Part shown: positions 15,176 to 22,480 of the stretch, in pieces
How the letters are laid out: each line of letters begins with the position of its first letter
Numbering within the stretch: position 1 is the stretch's first letter
Virus record (IMG/VR): IMGVR_UViG_3300031597_000003
Coordinates: 1-32,895 of that record
Direction: 5' to 3' (one strand)
Origin: a virus
DNA length: 32,895 bases
Made by a program: the position numbers and the translations under genes
Notes under the pieces: generated by a model
Seen by the model: only the letters and a program-made list of their open reading frames with translations
Databases searched by the model: none
Told to the model about the DNA's origin: nothing

Positions 15176-17112
15176 TGCGGCATGGCCTTAACTGTATCAA
15201 GGTTTAGTCTCTTTTCTTTCAGGGCAGCGTCAGCAACTCTAAGTCTGCGTTCAAACTCTTTATCGTCCGCATCACCTGCCGCGAGGTTAGATGTTACTGC
15301 TTTGATCTGATCAATCTCTAGCTCAACAGGAATCGCTTTAGTCTCTGCTGCAATCTTGGCAGCTCGTGCTTGAGACTCAGCGCCTTGTCCGTTTAGTGCG
15401 TTAGTCTGCGACTGTTGGAACTCCATCTGCGCTTGCTGCGCAGCTTGTTGCGCTTGTTGGGCTTCAGGTGAAGGCTGTCCTGCTTCTTGTAGAGTTTGTA
15501 TTAACTGCTCGCGGTTGCTGAGGTTCATATTGTCTATGATGGATTGAATCAACGCAGGATAAAGCGGAGACTCAGGAGACATAGTCTGTAGAAGCTGAAC
15601 CAACTGTGTAACCTCATACTCTCTCGCGATGATGCCAAGAGATGAGGTGACTTCAAACTTATAATCCGATACCGGATATAACTCAGGCTCAAACTGCATG
15701 TATCTGTGTGCAGCCTTGGTAACGAATGGTATCAAAAATGACTCTTGGAAGTTAATCAGGGTTCGCTTGTGGCGTTTAATTACTGCACCAAGGGACATTG
15801 AGATGCCCGCTGCTGTGGCCTCGCCATTGATTGAGCCGCCAACTCCAACAGAGTCTATTGCGCCTGTGGCAGTCTGTACCATTCTCTGTAGTTCACCTGC
15901 TTGCGCGAAGGTAATCTGAGATACCTGACCGAAGTTAAATGGCTGTAAGACTTCAGAAGGATTACCATTGGTTAGAATGATTTTTCCCGGTCTTACTTCA
16001 GGCTTTGCCCCGCGAGGTAGACGAGTTGCGTCCATCGCCATCATTGGGTGGACTGTTAAAGCCAGTGCATCGATCCTAGCCCTCAATTCTGCGTCCAATG
16101 CCTTCTGTGAGTTGTAACCCTTTTCACATACGCCACGACCCCAGAACCTAGAGGGTACGATGTCCCAAGGGAACGCCACAACAGGACGGTCTTGCATCAT
16201 GTACGGGTTCTTCTCCGCTTTCAGCAGAGTACCACCGTTAGCTATGACTACGATTGCTTCAACATAGAAGCCTTCTTCTTCCTCGCTGTCTACTAGCTGT
16301 TCAACCTCTTCGTATTCATCGTCATTTTCAAGTAAATAACGGGGAACAAGTCCGTAATACTTGGTCAAACGAGTCTTATCGGTAGGCTGCGTGGTAAGTT
16401 CGTGGTCAGGATCTAAGTCTGTGTCAGGATACGCGAAGTTAAAGGGTACATTCTTGTATACACCCTTCTCCTGTAGCTGTTCTATGGCGTGTGGTGAGAC
16501 GAATTCATCAATCACTACACCTAATGCGCTGTCTACATCCACAGCAACAGGGTCAATCAAGAAGTTTTGAGGTAAAACAGGTCGTAATTTAACGACTGTG
16601 CGGTCTGAGATGTTCACACCTACCGCTTGTAGCTGACCATCCATAATAGGTTGAGTCGCAGGTTTCATCTCTTTGACTTCTTCTAGGACAATCTCAGCTA
16701 TACCTGTACCAAAGACGGCTGCGTTGATTAAACACTCAGCCACACCCTTGCGAATCTTGTTAGCCTTAAAGTCTTCTAAGAGCTTTTCGCGAAGGTAGAC
16801 TACGTCTTGGTTCTCTTGGTCAGCGATGTCGTCCTTCATATCAAAGAACCTACCACGACCAAACGTAGCTTCTTCAATCTCTGCAACTGATGACTCTACT
16901 GCTTGCTGAAGGGCAGGGGATATGATCTGTGATCGTTCAGACTCGCGGTTACGGTCTTCACTAGCGTAGATGCCGCGCCACAGACGGTAGTATTCATCAA
17001 ACTTCTTTTCGTAGTTCGTCTCGTAATGGTTGCGCCAATCTTCGCACTTCGCCATTACCCAAGACTCAAGAGTCTCTTCTATGCCAAACTGATCTTCGTT
17101 TGATTCGAGCAT
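15172..17112 (-). CDS. 646-aa portal (head-tail connector) protein.
   Basis: Directly downstream of TerL. Size is typical. Gln/Ala-rich C-terminal tail. Gene order is portal, scaffold, capsid. Confidence 0.85.
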   Translation of the reverse strand: MLESNEDQFGIEETLESWVMAKCEDWRNHYETNYEKKFDEYYRLWRGIYASEDRNRESERSQIISPALQQAVESSVAEIEEATFGRGRFFDMKDDIADQENQDVVYLREKLLEDFKANKIRKGVAECLINAAVFGTGIAEIVLEEVKEMKPATQPIMDGQLQAVGVNISDRTVVKLRPVLPQNFLIDPVAVDVDSALGVVIDEFVSPHAIEQLQEKGVYKNVPFNFAYPDTDLDPDHELTTQPTDKTRLTKYYGLVPRYLLENDDEYEEVEQLVDSEEEEGFYVEAIVVIANGGTLLKAEKNPYMMQDRPVVAFPWDIVPSRFWGRGVCEKGYNSQKALDAELRARIDALALTVHPMMAMDATRLPRGAKPEVRPGKIILTNGNPSEVLQPFNFGQVSQITFAQAGELQRMVQTATGAIDSVGVGGSINGEATAAGISMSLGAVIKRHKRTLINFQESFLIPFVTKAAHRYMQFEPELYPVSDYKFEVTSSLGIIAREYEVTQLVQLLQTMSPESPLYPALIQSIIDNMNLSNREQLIQTLQEAGQPSPEAQQAQQAAQQAQMEFQQSQTNALNGQGAESQARAAKIAAETKAIPVELEIDQIKAVTSNLAAGDADDKEFERRLRVADAALKEKRLNLDTVKAMPQ

Positions 17113-17113
17113 C

Positions 17114-18364
17114 TTAATATCCCGCTACTGAGTCGATTACGTCAAACTCATCTATTTCAAAGTCGTATGAGTAAGACACCTTAGCCAGTTGATCTATATA
17201 GGCTAAAGCGTCTACCATGTCATCGTGGGTTAGGGCGTCAGGGAATTGGAAGATTTCATCCATGAATTGGATGTTCCACTCTCCCTTGTTGAGGTTGCAG
17301 ATTCCGTTCTCGAATCTACCCTGTAACGCCCACATTACCCTGTCAGTTTTCTTTTTGTTCCCGTGAGTAAGTTCCTCAACGCGAAAGAAGTTCTGATACT
17401 TCTTCATTAGGTCGGTAAGCGGCGACATGACAGCCTGTCGGGCAATGCCCTTCTCTATACCAACTGATATGGGCTGATAGTCTCGGACTATCTGGAATAT
17501 CTTCTCAGCAGTGGCGTTTAATTCCCACCTACCACAGACGATATCCTTCACCCACCAACCATACTCTCCTACCTTTACAATGGCAATAGCCGTATTGTCA
17601 AGCTTTTTATTCTTAGATTTGGCTTTTCCTACCTCTTCAAAGCCCGCGAGGTCAATGGCAACGTAGTAGTCCCCTGTGTCAGGCTCTTCGTCATCGAAGT
17701 GAACCCACTCCTCTTTAAACATCTCAGAGCCACGCGCTTCAAAAGACGCCATAAACTCTTGACGGAACGCGAAGGAAGACATGGATTTCTTAGCTGCATC
17801 TATCTCTTCTTTGTCTAGTAAGTCATTGTCGTAGCTTGTGTAGTGCCATGCTTTATAAGTGGGGTCTTCGCCTAAACTGGCTTGCTTGTAGAGTTCATAG
17901 AAATGATTTCTACCCATTGGTGTCCCGATAAATAAGGCATCGCCTTTCAAGTCTGTCAACGCAGGTCGTAAGATTAATTCCCATACATCGGGCTTCATGT
18001 CTGCGTATTCGTCCAAGACTAGAAACTTGAGACTTACGCCGCGCATTGTCTCAGGTCGGTCAGCTCCTTTCAAGCTGATAGTTGTACCATTGATAAGTCG
18101 TACCTGCATGTTGTTGACATGGGAGTTCTCTATGACGGGTCTGCCTATCTCCAAGAGGAGATTCCACATAATGTCCCGTGCTTGACCCTGAGTAGGGGCT
18201 ACATAGAACACCTGCCCTTGATCTGACTTCAAAGCGTTGACTATCAAAAGATAAGCCGCAAGACGAGACTTCCCCGTCCTGCGACCCGCAGCAACCACTT
18301 TGAAACGAGTAGGGTCGTTCCAAACTTCTTTCTGCCACTCAAGAAGGCTTATGTCTAGGTTCAT
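17114..18364 (-). CDS. terL: 416-aa terminase large subunit.
   Basis: Walker A AGRRTGKS. Walker B FLVLDE. The C-terminal nuclease-like region carries acidic residues (IAIDLAG, DDMVDAL). Confidence 0.9.
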   Translation of the reverse strand: MNLDISLLEWQKEVWNDPTRFKVVAAGRRTGKSRLAAYLLIVNALKSDQGQVFYVAPTQGQARDIMWNLLLEIGRPVIENSHVNNMQVRLINGTTISLKGADRPETMRGVSLKFLVLDEYADMKPDVWELILRPALTDLKGDALFIGTPMGRNHFYELYKQASLGEDPTYKAWHYTSYDNDLLDKEEIDAAKKSMSSFAFRQEFMASFEARGSEMFKEEWVHFDDEEPDTGDYYVAIDLAGFEEVGKAKSKNKKLDNTAIAIVKVGEYGWWVKDIVCGRWELNATAEKIFQIVRDYQPISVGIEKGIARQAVMSPLTDLMKKYQNFFRVEELTHGNKKKTDRVMWALQGRFENGICNLNKGEWNIQFMDEIFQFPDALTHDDMVDALAYIDQLAKVSYSYDFEIDEFDVIDSVAGY

Positions 18365-18501
18365 TTTCTCTTCGCGGTCTTCTTGGCTTGTTTAAATGCT
18401 TTGGCTGTAGGTGCGCCTTTACTGCCGACTTTTCTCATGGTCTCGCCGCTACCTGCTGCAATACGCTTCTTCTTCGCGTTAATATTTTTGTACAAGCTCA
18501 T
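18361..18501 (-). CDS. 46-aa Lys-rich protein (MSLYKNINAKKKRIAAGSGETMRKVGSKGAPTAKAFKQAKKTAKRK).
   Basis: Hand translation. AGGAAG lies upstream. The stop overlaps the TerL ATG (ATGA at 18361-18364). I recall similar small basic proteins in marine phages, but this is unverified. Confidence 0.6.
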   Translation of the reverse strand: MSLYKNINAKKKRIAAGSGETMRKVGSKGAPTAKAFKQAKKTAKRK

Positions 18502-18599
18502 CTTACTTCCTCTTGGGAGGGGCTTTCTTCTTAGCGGCCTTGGCTTTTTTAGCTGCTGCCATACCCGCAGGGGTGTATGAGTATTTCTTTCCGTTTACA

Positions 18600-19025
18600 T
18601 TAGGCATCGTATTCTCCGGTTCGTATCATATTGGTAAGGGTTGTAGCGCGTTGTCCCACTTGATCTGCCCAAAGGGAGTCTAGGAACTCTAGTGCTGCTT
18701 CTTCGTAGTCACCGCACTCCATAGCTGATAAAGCGTTAGTAAAGCCGCGAAGTCGAGTGATACCAAGGTTGAAGCACATATCCATCATAGCATCTTGTCT
18801 GACAGGGTCTAAATCTAAAAACCAATCAAAAGATCCCGACAGCTCATGCCTACATCGCTTAATGTCATTATTGAGTAGGTAATGAATTTCATCAATAGAT
18901 AACCCAACATCGTCTAAGTTACGGCCTACGCCTATGGTTAGTACGCCCACAGTGTCTTCGTAAGGTTTGTTCCTTACGCCCTCGTGTTTCATAAGCAGAT
19001 CAATCAGGTTCTGTATATTCGCCAT
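18600..19025 (-). CDS. 141-aa endolysin, T4-lysozyme (GH24) type.
   Basis: EGVRNKPYEDTVGVLTIGVG aligns residue for residue with T4 lysozyme [20 protein letters not shown], including the catalytic Glu, Asp and Thr. Confidence 0.9.
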   Translation of the reverse strand: MANIQNLIDLLMKHEGVRNKPYEDTVGVLTIGVGRNLDDVGLSIDEIHYLLNNDIKRCRHELSGSFDWFLDLDPVRQDAMMDMCFNLGITRLRGFTNALSAMECGDYEEAALEFLDSLWADQVGQRATTLTNMIRTGEYDA

Positions 19026-19377
19026 CTTCTATGACCTCTCCTTCAATAGCAGGAGCATCCATAACCCCTGAGATAGTTATATTGACCGTAGGCTTGCCCC
19101 CTAGCTTGTCTTTATCAAACGAGCTGATAGGCAAGATTCTATCTACTATGAGCTTCCACGCAGCAGATTGGTTCTTGTGGTCGTCATCTTGTGCAGCTCG
19201 GAAGATAGACTCTATCACAGCATTGGTATCCCTCCTCGCGAGGAATCGCTGCTTCATCTCTGCCATAGCCGAGTGGTCACCCCTGGGTCTACCAATGGGA
19301 CGGTTCTTCGGCTTCTCTATCTCCGACTTACGGGGACGACCACGCTTTCTCTTTACTGGTGCATTGTCTTCAACCAC
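19000..19377 (-). CDS. 125-aa DNA-binding protein with two AT-hook-like motifs. First late gene; small-terminase candidate.
   Basis: GTG start. Contains KRKRGRPRKS and RPIGRPRGD. Two genes upstream of TerL. Overlaps the lysozyme start by 26 nt. Confidence 0.6.
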   Translation of the reverse strand: MVEDNAPVKRKRGRPRKSEIEKPKNRPIGRPRGDHSAMAEMKQRFLARRDTNAVIESIFRAAQDDDHKNQSAAWKLIVDRILPISSFDKDKLGGKPTVNITISGVMDAPAIEGEVIEDGEYTEPD

Positions 19378-19412
19378 AACATAGAAGCTCTTTGGTAATT
19401 AATATTTGGCGT

Positions 19413-19442
19413 ATTAAACCACTAATTTGTGAATTTGACCAA
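19413..19442 (-). promoter_or_regulatory. Candidate sigma70-type late promoter (TTGGTC-N18-TTTAAT on the minus strand).
   Basis: -35 at 19437-19442 and -10 at 19413-19418, about 35 nt upstream of the GTG at 19377. Confidence 0.3.
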
Positions 19443-19546
19443 CACTTGTATTCATGCGGGTTTGAGGGGGGTGTTTTTTGCTTCTTTTTTTTAATTTGAC
19501 CTGCTGCAAATTTGGGGGGCTACTACACATAAAGGCAGCGCGCAAT

Positions 19547-19671
19547 CTCCCCTCCCCGTCCCCTCCGCGAACCCCGTCTGTTTATACGCGCACGCACGCG
19601 AGCTGTTAACGCGCGCACGCGAGGCTTATCTAGACGCGAGCAATCCCGTGCGGCGAGAGGGAAGGGAGGGA
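19547..19671. promoter_or_regulatory. GC-rich structured element. A C-rich arm (19547-19569) is partly complementary to a G-rich arm (19651-19671). Between them are three ACGCGAG boxes and two alternating (CG/CA) tracts flanking GTTAAC.
   Basis: CTCCCCTCCCCGTCCCCTCCGCG against CGGCGAGAGGGAAGGGAGGGA. ACGCGAG at 19596, 19617 and 19634. Confidence 0.6.
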
Positions 19672-19675
19672 TAGC

Positions 19676-19744
19676 AGCCAATAGCCAATAGCAAATCGCA
19701 TACCCTATACACACGATTCTCAAATCGATACACACTGATACACA
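19676..19744. repeat. Short tandem or phased repeats: AGCCAAT-AGCCAAT-AGCAAAT (19676-19696) and (T/G)ATACACA three times (19706-13, 19727-34, 19737-44).
   Basis: Read directly from the sequence. Confidence 0.85.
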
Positions 19745-19769
19745 ATCCAGTGAAATTGTTGGGTGATTA

Positions 19770-19820
19770 GGTAACACATTCACGGTAACACGGTAACACT
19801 TTGCGGTAACACGGTAACAC
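19770..19820. promoter_or_regulatory. Five GGTAACAC boxes (iteron- or operator-like). Four of them form two CGGTAACACGGTAACAC doublets 21 bp apart.
   Basis: Boxes at 19770-77, 19784-91, 19792-99, 19805-12 and 19813-20. Confidence 0.8.
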
Positions 19821-19829
19821 TCTCAACAC

Positions 19830-19841
19830 TGTATGCATACA
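19830..19841. promoter_or_regulatory. Perfect 12-bp palindrome TGTATGCATACA. The core GTATGCATA recurs at 21661-21669.
   Basis: Read directly. Candidate operator for a dimeric HTH protein. Confidence 0.6.
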
Positions 19842-19949
19842 CAGTACATTGGCTACATCCCCCGTAATCATTGGACTTTCAAAAGTTGGCACACCTTCTG
19901 CATTGTATTATACGACAACCAAATACGCACAACCCAAAGGGGAATCACA

Positions 19950-20126
19950 ATGGAATACGAGGAAGCGATCGACAAGCAAACCAGAATCACGGAACGTCAT
20001 GCGCTCGCGATAATGAAGGAGCATGGCATTATTGAAGACGAGATTGCGGAGGGTTTAGCCGAATCGCTAATTAAGTCGACCGGCATGCATTCATCACGCA
20101 CTCTGCTATTTTGGCTAGGATATTAA
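19950..20126 (+). CDS. 58-aa acidic early protein.
   Basis: Internal ATG of listed ORF 19833..20126, preceded by AAGGGGAATCACA. The same 13-mer precedes the ATG at 21696. The upstream extension starts inside the ATGCAT palindrome. Confidence 0.65.
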   Translation: MEYEEAIDKQTRITERHALAIMKEHGIIEDEIAEGLAESLIKSTGMHSSRTLLFWLGY

Positions 20127-20133
20127 GGAGAAC

Positions 20134-20343
20134 ATGATGGAATATTTCGAACTAGAAATGCACGGTGATCATTTGCGAGTCGAATGGAACGGTAAGGCCA
20201 CATTTAATATCCAATGGCCTATTGGTGGCCAATGGGTCGATTTTGAATGTTTCACTTGCTACGGAATAGATACCGCGCACGAGGCACTAGAATGCGCGGT
20301 TGAGTGGATTAATGAGAATGTGTTCGAATTCAGCGAGGCATAA
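20134..20343 (+). CDS. 69-aa hypothetical early protein.
   Basis: Listed ORF. AAGGAG lies immediately upstream. Confidence 0.7.
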   Translation: MMEYFELEMHGDHLRVEWNGKATFNIQWPIGGQWVDFECFTCYGIDTAHEALECAVEWINENVFEFSEA

Positions 20344-20344
20344 A

Positions 20345-21025
20345 ATGAATATTCAATTCGTCAAAAAATCATCTAATACAAAAATAGGCGCGATACCTTG
20401 CTCCACCAGTGCGAGAGATACTTGCCCTAAGGCATGCCCCTATGCAGGGGTTAACGGATGTTACGCCGAAGCGGGTTATTATACTCGCCTCAATTGGGAT
20501 AAAGTCTCTCGCGGCGAGCGAGGCGCTAAATACGCTGATTTCCTAGACAATATCGGCAAGCTTAAGGTTAAAACCTTATGGAGGCATAACGTAGCGGGCG
20601 ATTTAATGCCAGATGGAAAGGATAGCGAAAACCTAGACTCTCACGCCCTAGATCTACTTGCGACCGCTAACACTGGCAAGCGCGGATTCACCTATACTCA
20701 TTACCGCGACAATGCGCACAACATCAAAGCGATTCGATCCGCTAATCGTAAGGGGTTTACGGTGAACTTATCCGCTAACACTATAGACCACGCGATCAAG
20801 TTAAAACGCCACAATCTGCCTATCGCGGCTGTCGTCCCAAGTGATCACGGGAACGATACGCGCACAATTCAAGGGGTTAAGTTTATTACTTGCCCTGCGA
20901 CCTATAAAGACGAAGTTACATGCGCGACTTGTAAGCTTTGCTCAGTAAGCAATCGCGATTCGGTGGTGGCATTCCCTGCTCACGGATCGCGCACCAATAA
21001 CGCTAATATAATAGCAAGGGGTTAA
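20345..21025 (+). CDS. 226-aa conserved Cys-cluster protein (possible metal or Fe-S binding; GP88-like from memory).
   Basis: ATG at 20345, 1 nt after the previous stop. N-terminal C-x7-C-x3-C-x7-C (CSTSARDTCPKACPYAGVNGC). C-terminal C-x10-C-x2-C-x2-C. Confidence 0.7.
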   Translation: MNIQFVKKSSNTKIGAIPCSTSARDTCPKACPYAGVNGCYAEAGYYTRLNWDKVSRGERGAKYADFLDNIGKLKVKTLWRHNVAGDLMPDGKDSENLDSHALDLLATANTGKRGFTYTHYRDNAHNIKAIRSANRKGFTVNLSANTIDHAIKLKRHNLPIAAVVPSDHGNDTRTIQGVKFITCPATYKDEVTCATCKLCSVSNRDSVVAFPAHGSRTNNANIIARG

Positions 21026-21029
21026 CACT

Positions 21030-21416
21030 ATGAGCGACAACGAAATAATAGATCGGTTCGACACTAGCAATCTCACACTAGAACAATTGTCTAGACTATC
21101 GGGCAAGTCGGTAAAGTATCTTAAAAAATTATTAATGGGGGGGTTAACTATGAACAATTGGCACGGGCAGCACAATTTCGCATTCGGCATGGCGTGGGTA
21201 ATAGATGGGAACGAGGCCGAACGGTTACGGGCGGGCGAGCGATTCAAAGCCAAATGCGAGACCGACTATCTAGAATACTTCAACGATTACCTTACTGTTG
21301 AGCGATTCGCTAGCGATAAGGGGTTATCAGTAGCCAATGCGACCGCGATTATCAAACTAGGGCGCGCAGTTAATCACGCTAGACCATCACAATATAAGGG
21401 GAAAGCACCATGCTAG
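21030..21416 (+). CDS. 128-aa putative HTH DNA-binding protein.
   Basis: Listed ORF. HTH-like segment LTLEQLSRLSGKSVKYLKKLL. Confidence 0.65.
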   Translation: MSDNEIIDRFDTSNLTLEQLSRLSGKSVKYLKKLLMGGLTMNNWHGQHNFAFGMAWVIDGNEAERLRAGERFKAKCETDYLEYFNDYLTVERFASDKGLSVANATAIIKLGRAVNHARPSQYKGKAPC

Positions 21417-21616
21417 TATTTAATTATCAAAGCAAAAAAGCACTCAAAGAACAGGTCGGGCAGCGCCTAGATTATATCGAAACCAGTATTTTCGGCGAAG
21501 AGTACAGGCGCGATGGAGTCTTAACAGGGGCGAATCGTCCGCACATTACAGGCAAGGGGCGAGAGTTTTTCGCTAATGTCACAATGCGCGATGGTCTAAT
21601 CGCGGCAGTTAAATAA
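21410..21616 (+). CDS. 68-aa hypothetical protein.
   Basis: Listed ORF. Overlaps the previous stop by 7 nt. Confidence 0.65.
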   Translation: MLVFNYQSKKALKEQVGQRLDYIETSIFGEEYRRDGVLTGANRPHITGKGREFFANVTMRDGLIAAVK

Positions 21617-21648
21617 TGGCAGCCGTCCGCAGCCGTCCGTATACGTCA

Positions 21649-21678
21649 TTGGCGTATAGGGTATGCATAGGGTATTAA
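21649..21678 (+). promoter_or_regulatory. Candidate sigma70-type promoter TTGGCG-N18-TATTAA, with the GTATGCATA palindrome core in the spacer.
   Basis: -35 at 21649-54 and -10 at 21673-78. Preceded by tandem GCAGCCGTCC repeats (21620-21639). Confidence 0.35.
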
Positions 21679-21695
21679 TTTACAAGGGGAATCAC

Positions 21696-21857
21696 ATGAC
21701 GCACGAAACAGCACTCACTAAGGCGCTAGTCCTATGCGTGACAGCGCCAGAACATAGGCTAGGGGATGCGCTTAAACTCGCGCACGAAATAGCATCAATG
21801 TGTACGCCGAGCGAAGTAGCAAGGGCAAAAGAGAGCGCAAAGGAGGTGATGGCATGA
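21696..21857 (+). CDS. 53-aa hypothetical protein.
   Basis: Internal ATG of listed ORF 21663..21857, preceded by AAGGGGAATCAC. Confidence 0.6.
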   Translation: MTHETALTKALVLCVTAPEHRLGDALKLAHEIASMCTPSEVARAKESAKEVMA

Positions 21858-22081
21858 GAAATAATCGCAGAAATATGGAGACAGAAAACTTTTGGCTGAA
21901 ATGTATACTTGTCGGGGCGGCTGTTATAAGCTCATTCGCCCTTGGTGCTTTGCTTGAACCGAGCGAGGTGCTAGAGGCAAGGGAGTCTAACCTATATGCC
22001 GAGATGGTTTGCTTAGGGATTGAAACCAATATGGAATTCGGATGGCCTAACTACAAGCGATTGGAGGTGCAGTGTGACTGA
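21854..22081 (+). CDS. 75-aa small membrane protein (one TM).
   Basis: ATG at 21854 overlaps the previous stop (ATGA), with AGGAGG upstream. Hydrophobic segment FWLKCILVGAAVISSFALGALL. Confidence 0.6.
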   Translation: MRNNRRNMETENFWLKCILVGAAVISSFALGALLEPSEVLEARESNLYAEMVCLGIETNMEFGWPNYKRLEVQCD

Positions 22082-22331
22082 CTGGGAGAGCTTTAAAGTA
22101 GAGCCTAGGCAAGGGGCTAGGCCAGACAAGAAACTTGCTGCGGGTAGCCCCCGCTCAATGTGTGTTAGATGTTGGGAGGTATTCTCGACCGAACGCAATT
22201 TCGACAGGCATTTAAAAGGGAGCGCAGCAGAAAGATTCTGTGTGCAGCCGAATGCGGTAGGGCTAGTGCAACGATCGAACGGGGATTGGATCGAGGGAGG
22301 CCGCGATCAGCCGACACACTGGGAAAGGTAG
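22074..22331 (+). CDS. 85-aa zinc-finger-like protein (CVRC...FDRHL...C), FDXHR-type from memory.
   Basis: GTG at 22074 with GGAGG 6 nt upstream. Part of listed ORF 22020..22331. Confidence 0.55.
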   Translation: MTDWESFKVEPRQGARPDKKLAAGSPRSMCVRCWEVFSTERNFDRHLKGSAAERFCVQPNAVGLVQRSNGDWIEGGRDQPTHWER

Positions 22332-22332
22332 A

Positions 22333-22441
22333 CTGCGATCCTAGATAGGATAGGGGATATACTAGATAGGATTTAATTAAGTGTCCCCCCGTAGGGGGAC
22401 GATCACACCACAAGGGGGAGGAGGATGAGCTGCGATCTTAG
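22333..22441. promoter_or_regulatory. Repeat-rich intergenic region upstream of the replication module. CTGCGATCYTAG occurs twice (22333-44, 22430-41), CTAGATAGGA twice (22341-50, 22362-71), and the pairs flank a GC hairpin.
   Basis: Read directly. Confidence 0.7.
22383..22400 (+). other. Perfect 7-bp-stem hairpin GTCCCCC-CGTA-GGGGGAC, with no U-tract.
   Basis: Read directly. Followed by GATCACACC. Confidence 0.7.
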
Positions 22442-22480
22442 GCAGGTTAACCTCCGTTGCTTATAAGGACAAGGGATAAC

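Noticed and set aside
18503-18562. 19-aa Lys-rich mini-ORF (MAAAKKAKAAKKKAPPKRK) between the lysozyme gene and the 46-aa gene.
   Set aside because: No SD, and too short to support. Noted only because it is in the same basic style as the next ORF. A frameshift joining the two is not indicated by any slippery sequence I could see.
19523-19783. 86-aa minus-strand ORF in the divergent intergenic region.
   Set aside because: It lies entirely over the GC-rich inverted repeats and short tandem repeats. Its Arg/Cys-rich composition follows from the CG tracts. It has no SD and is oriented toward the late operon but separated from it by promoter-like sequence.
19770-19820. GGTAACAC repeats as a mini CRISPR array.
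   Set aside because: The units are 8 bp with 0-6 bp spacers, far too short for CRISPR repeats and spacers, and there are no cas genes.
19833-19949. N-terminal extensions of ORFs 19833..20126 and 21663..21857.
   Set aside because: Both listed starts are the ATG inside the GTATGCATA palindrome. Both extensions run across promoter-like and SD sequences. An identical AAGGGGAATCAC leader precedes the internal ATGs at 19950 and 21696.
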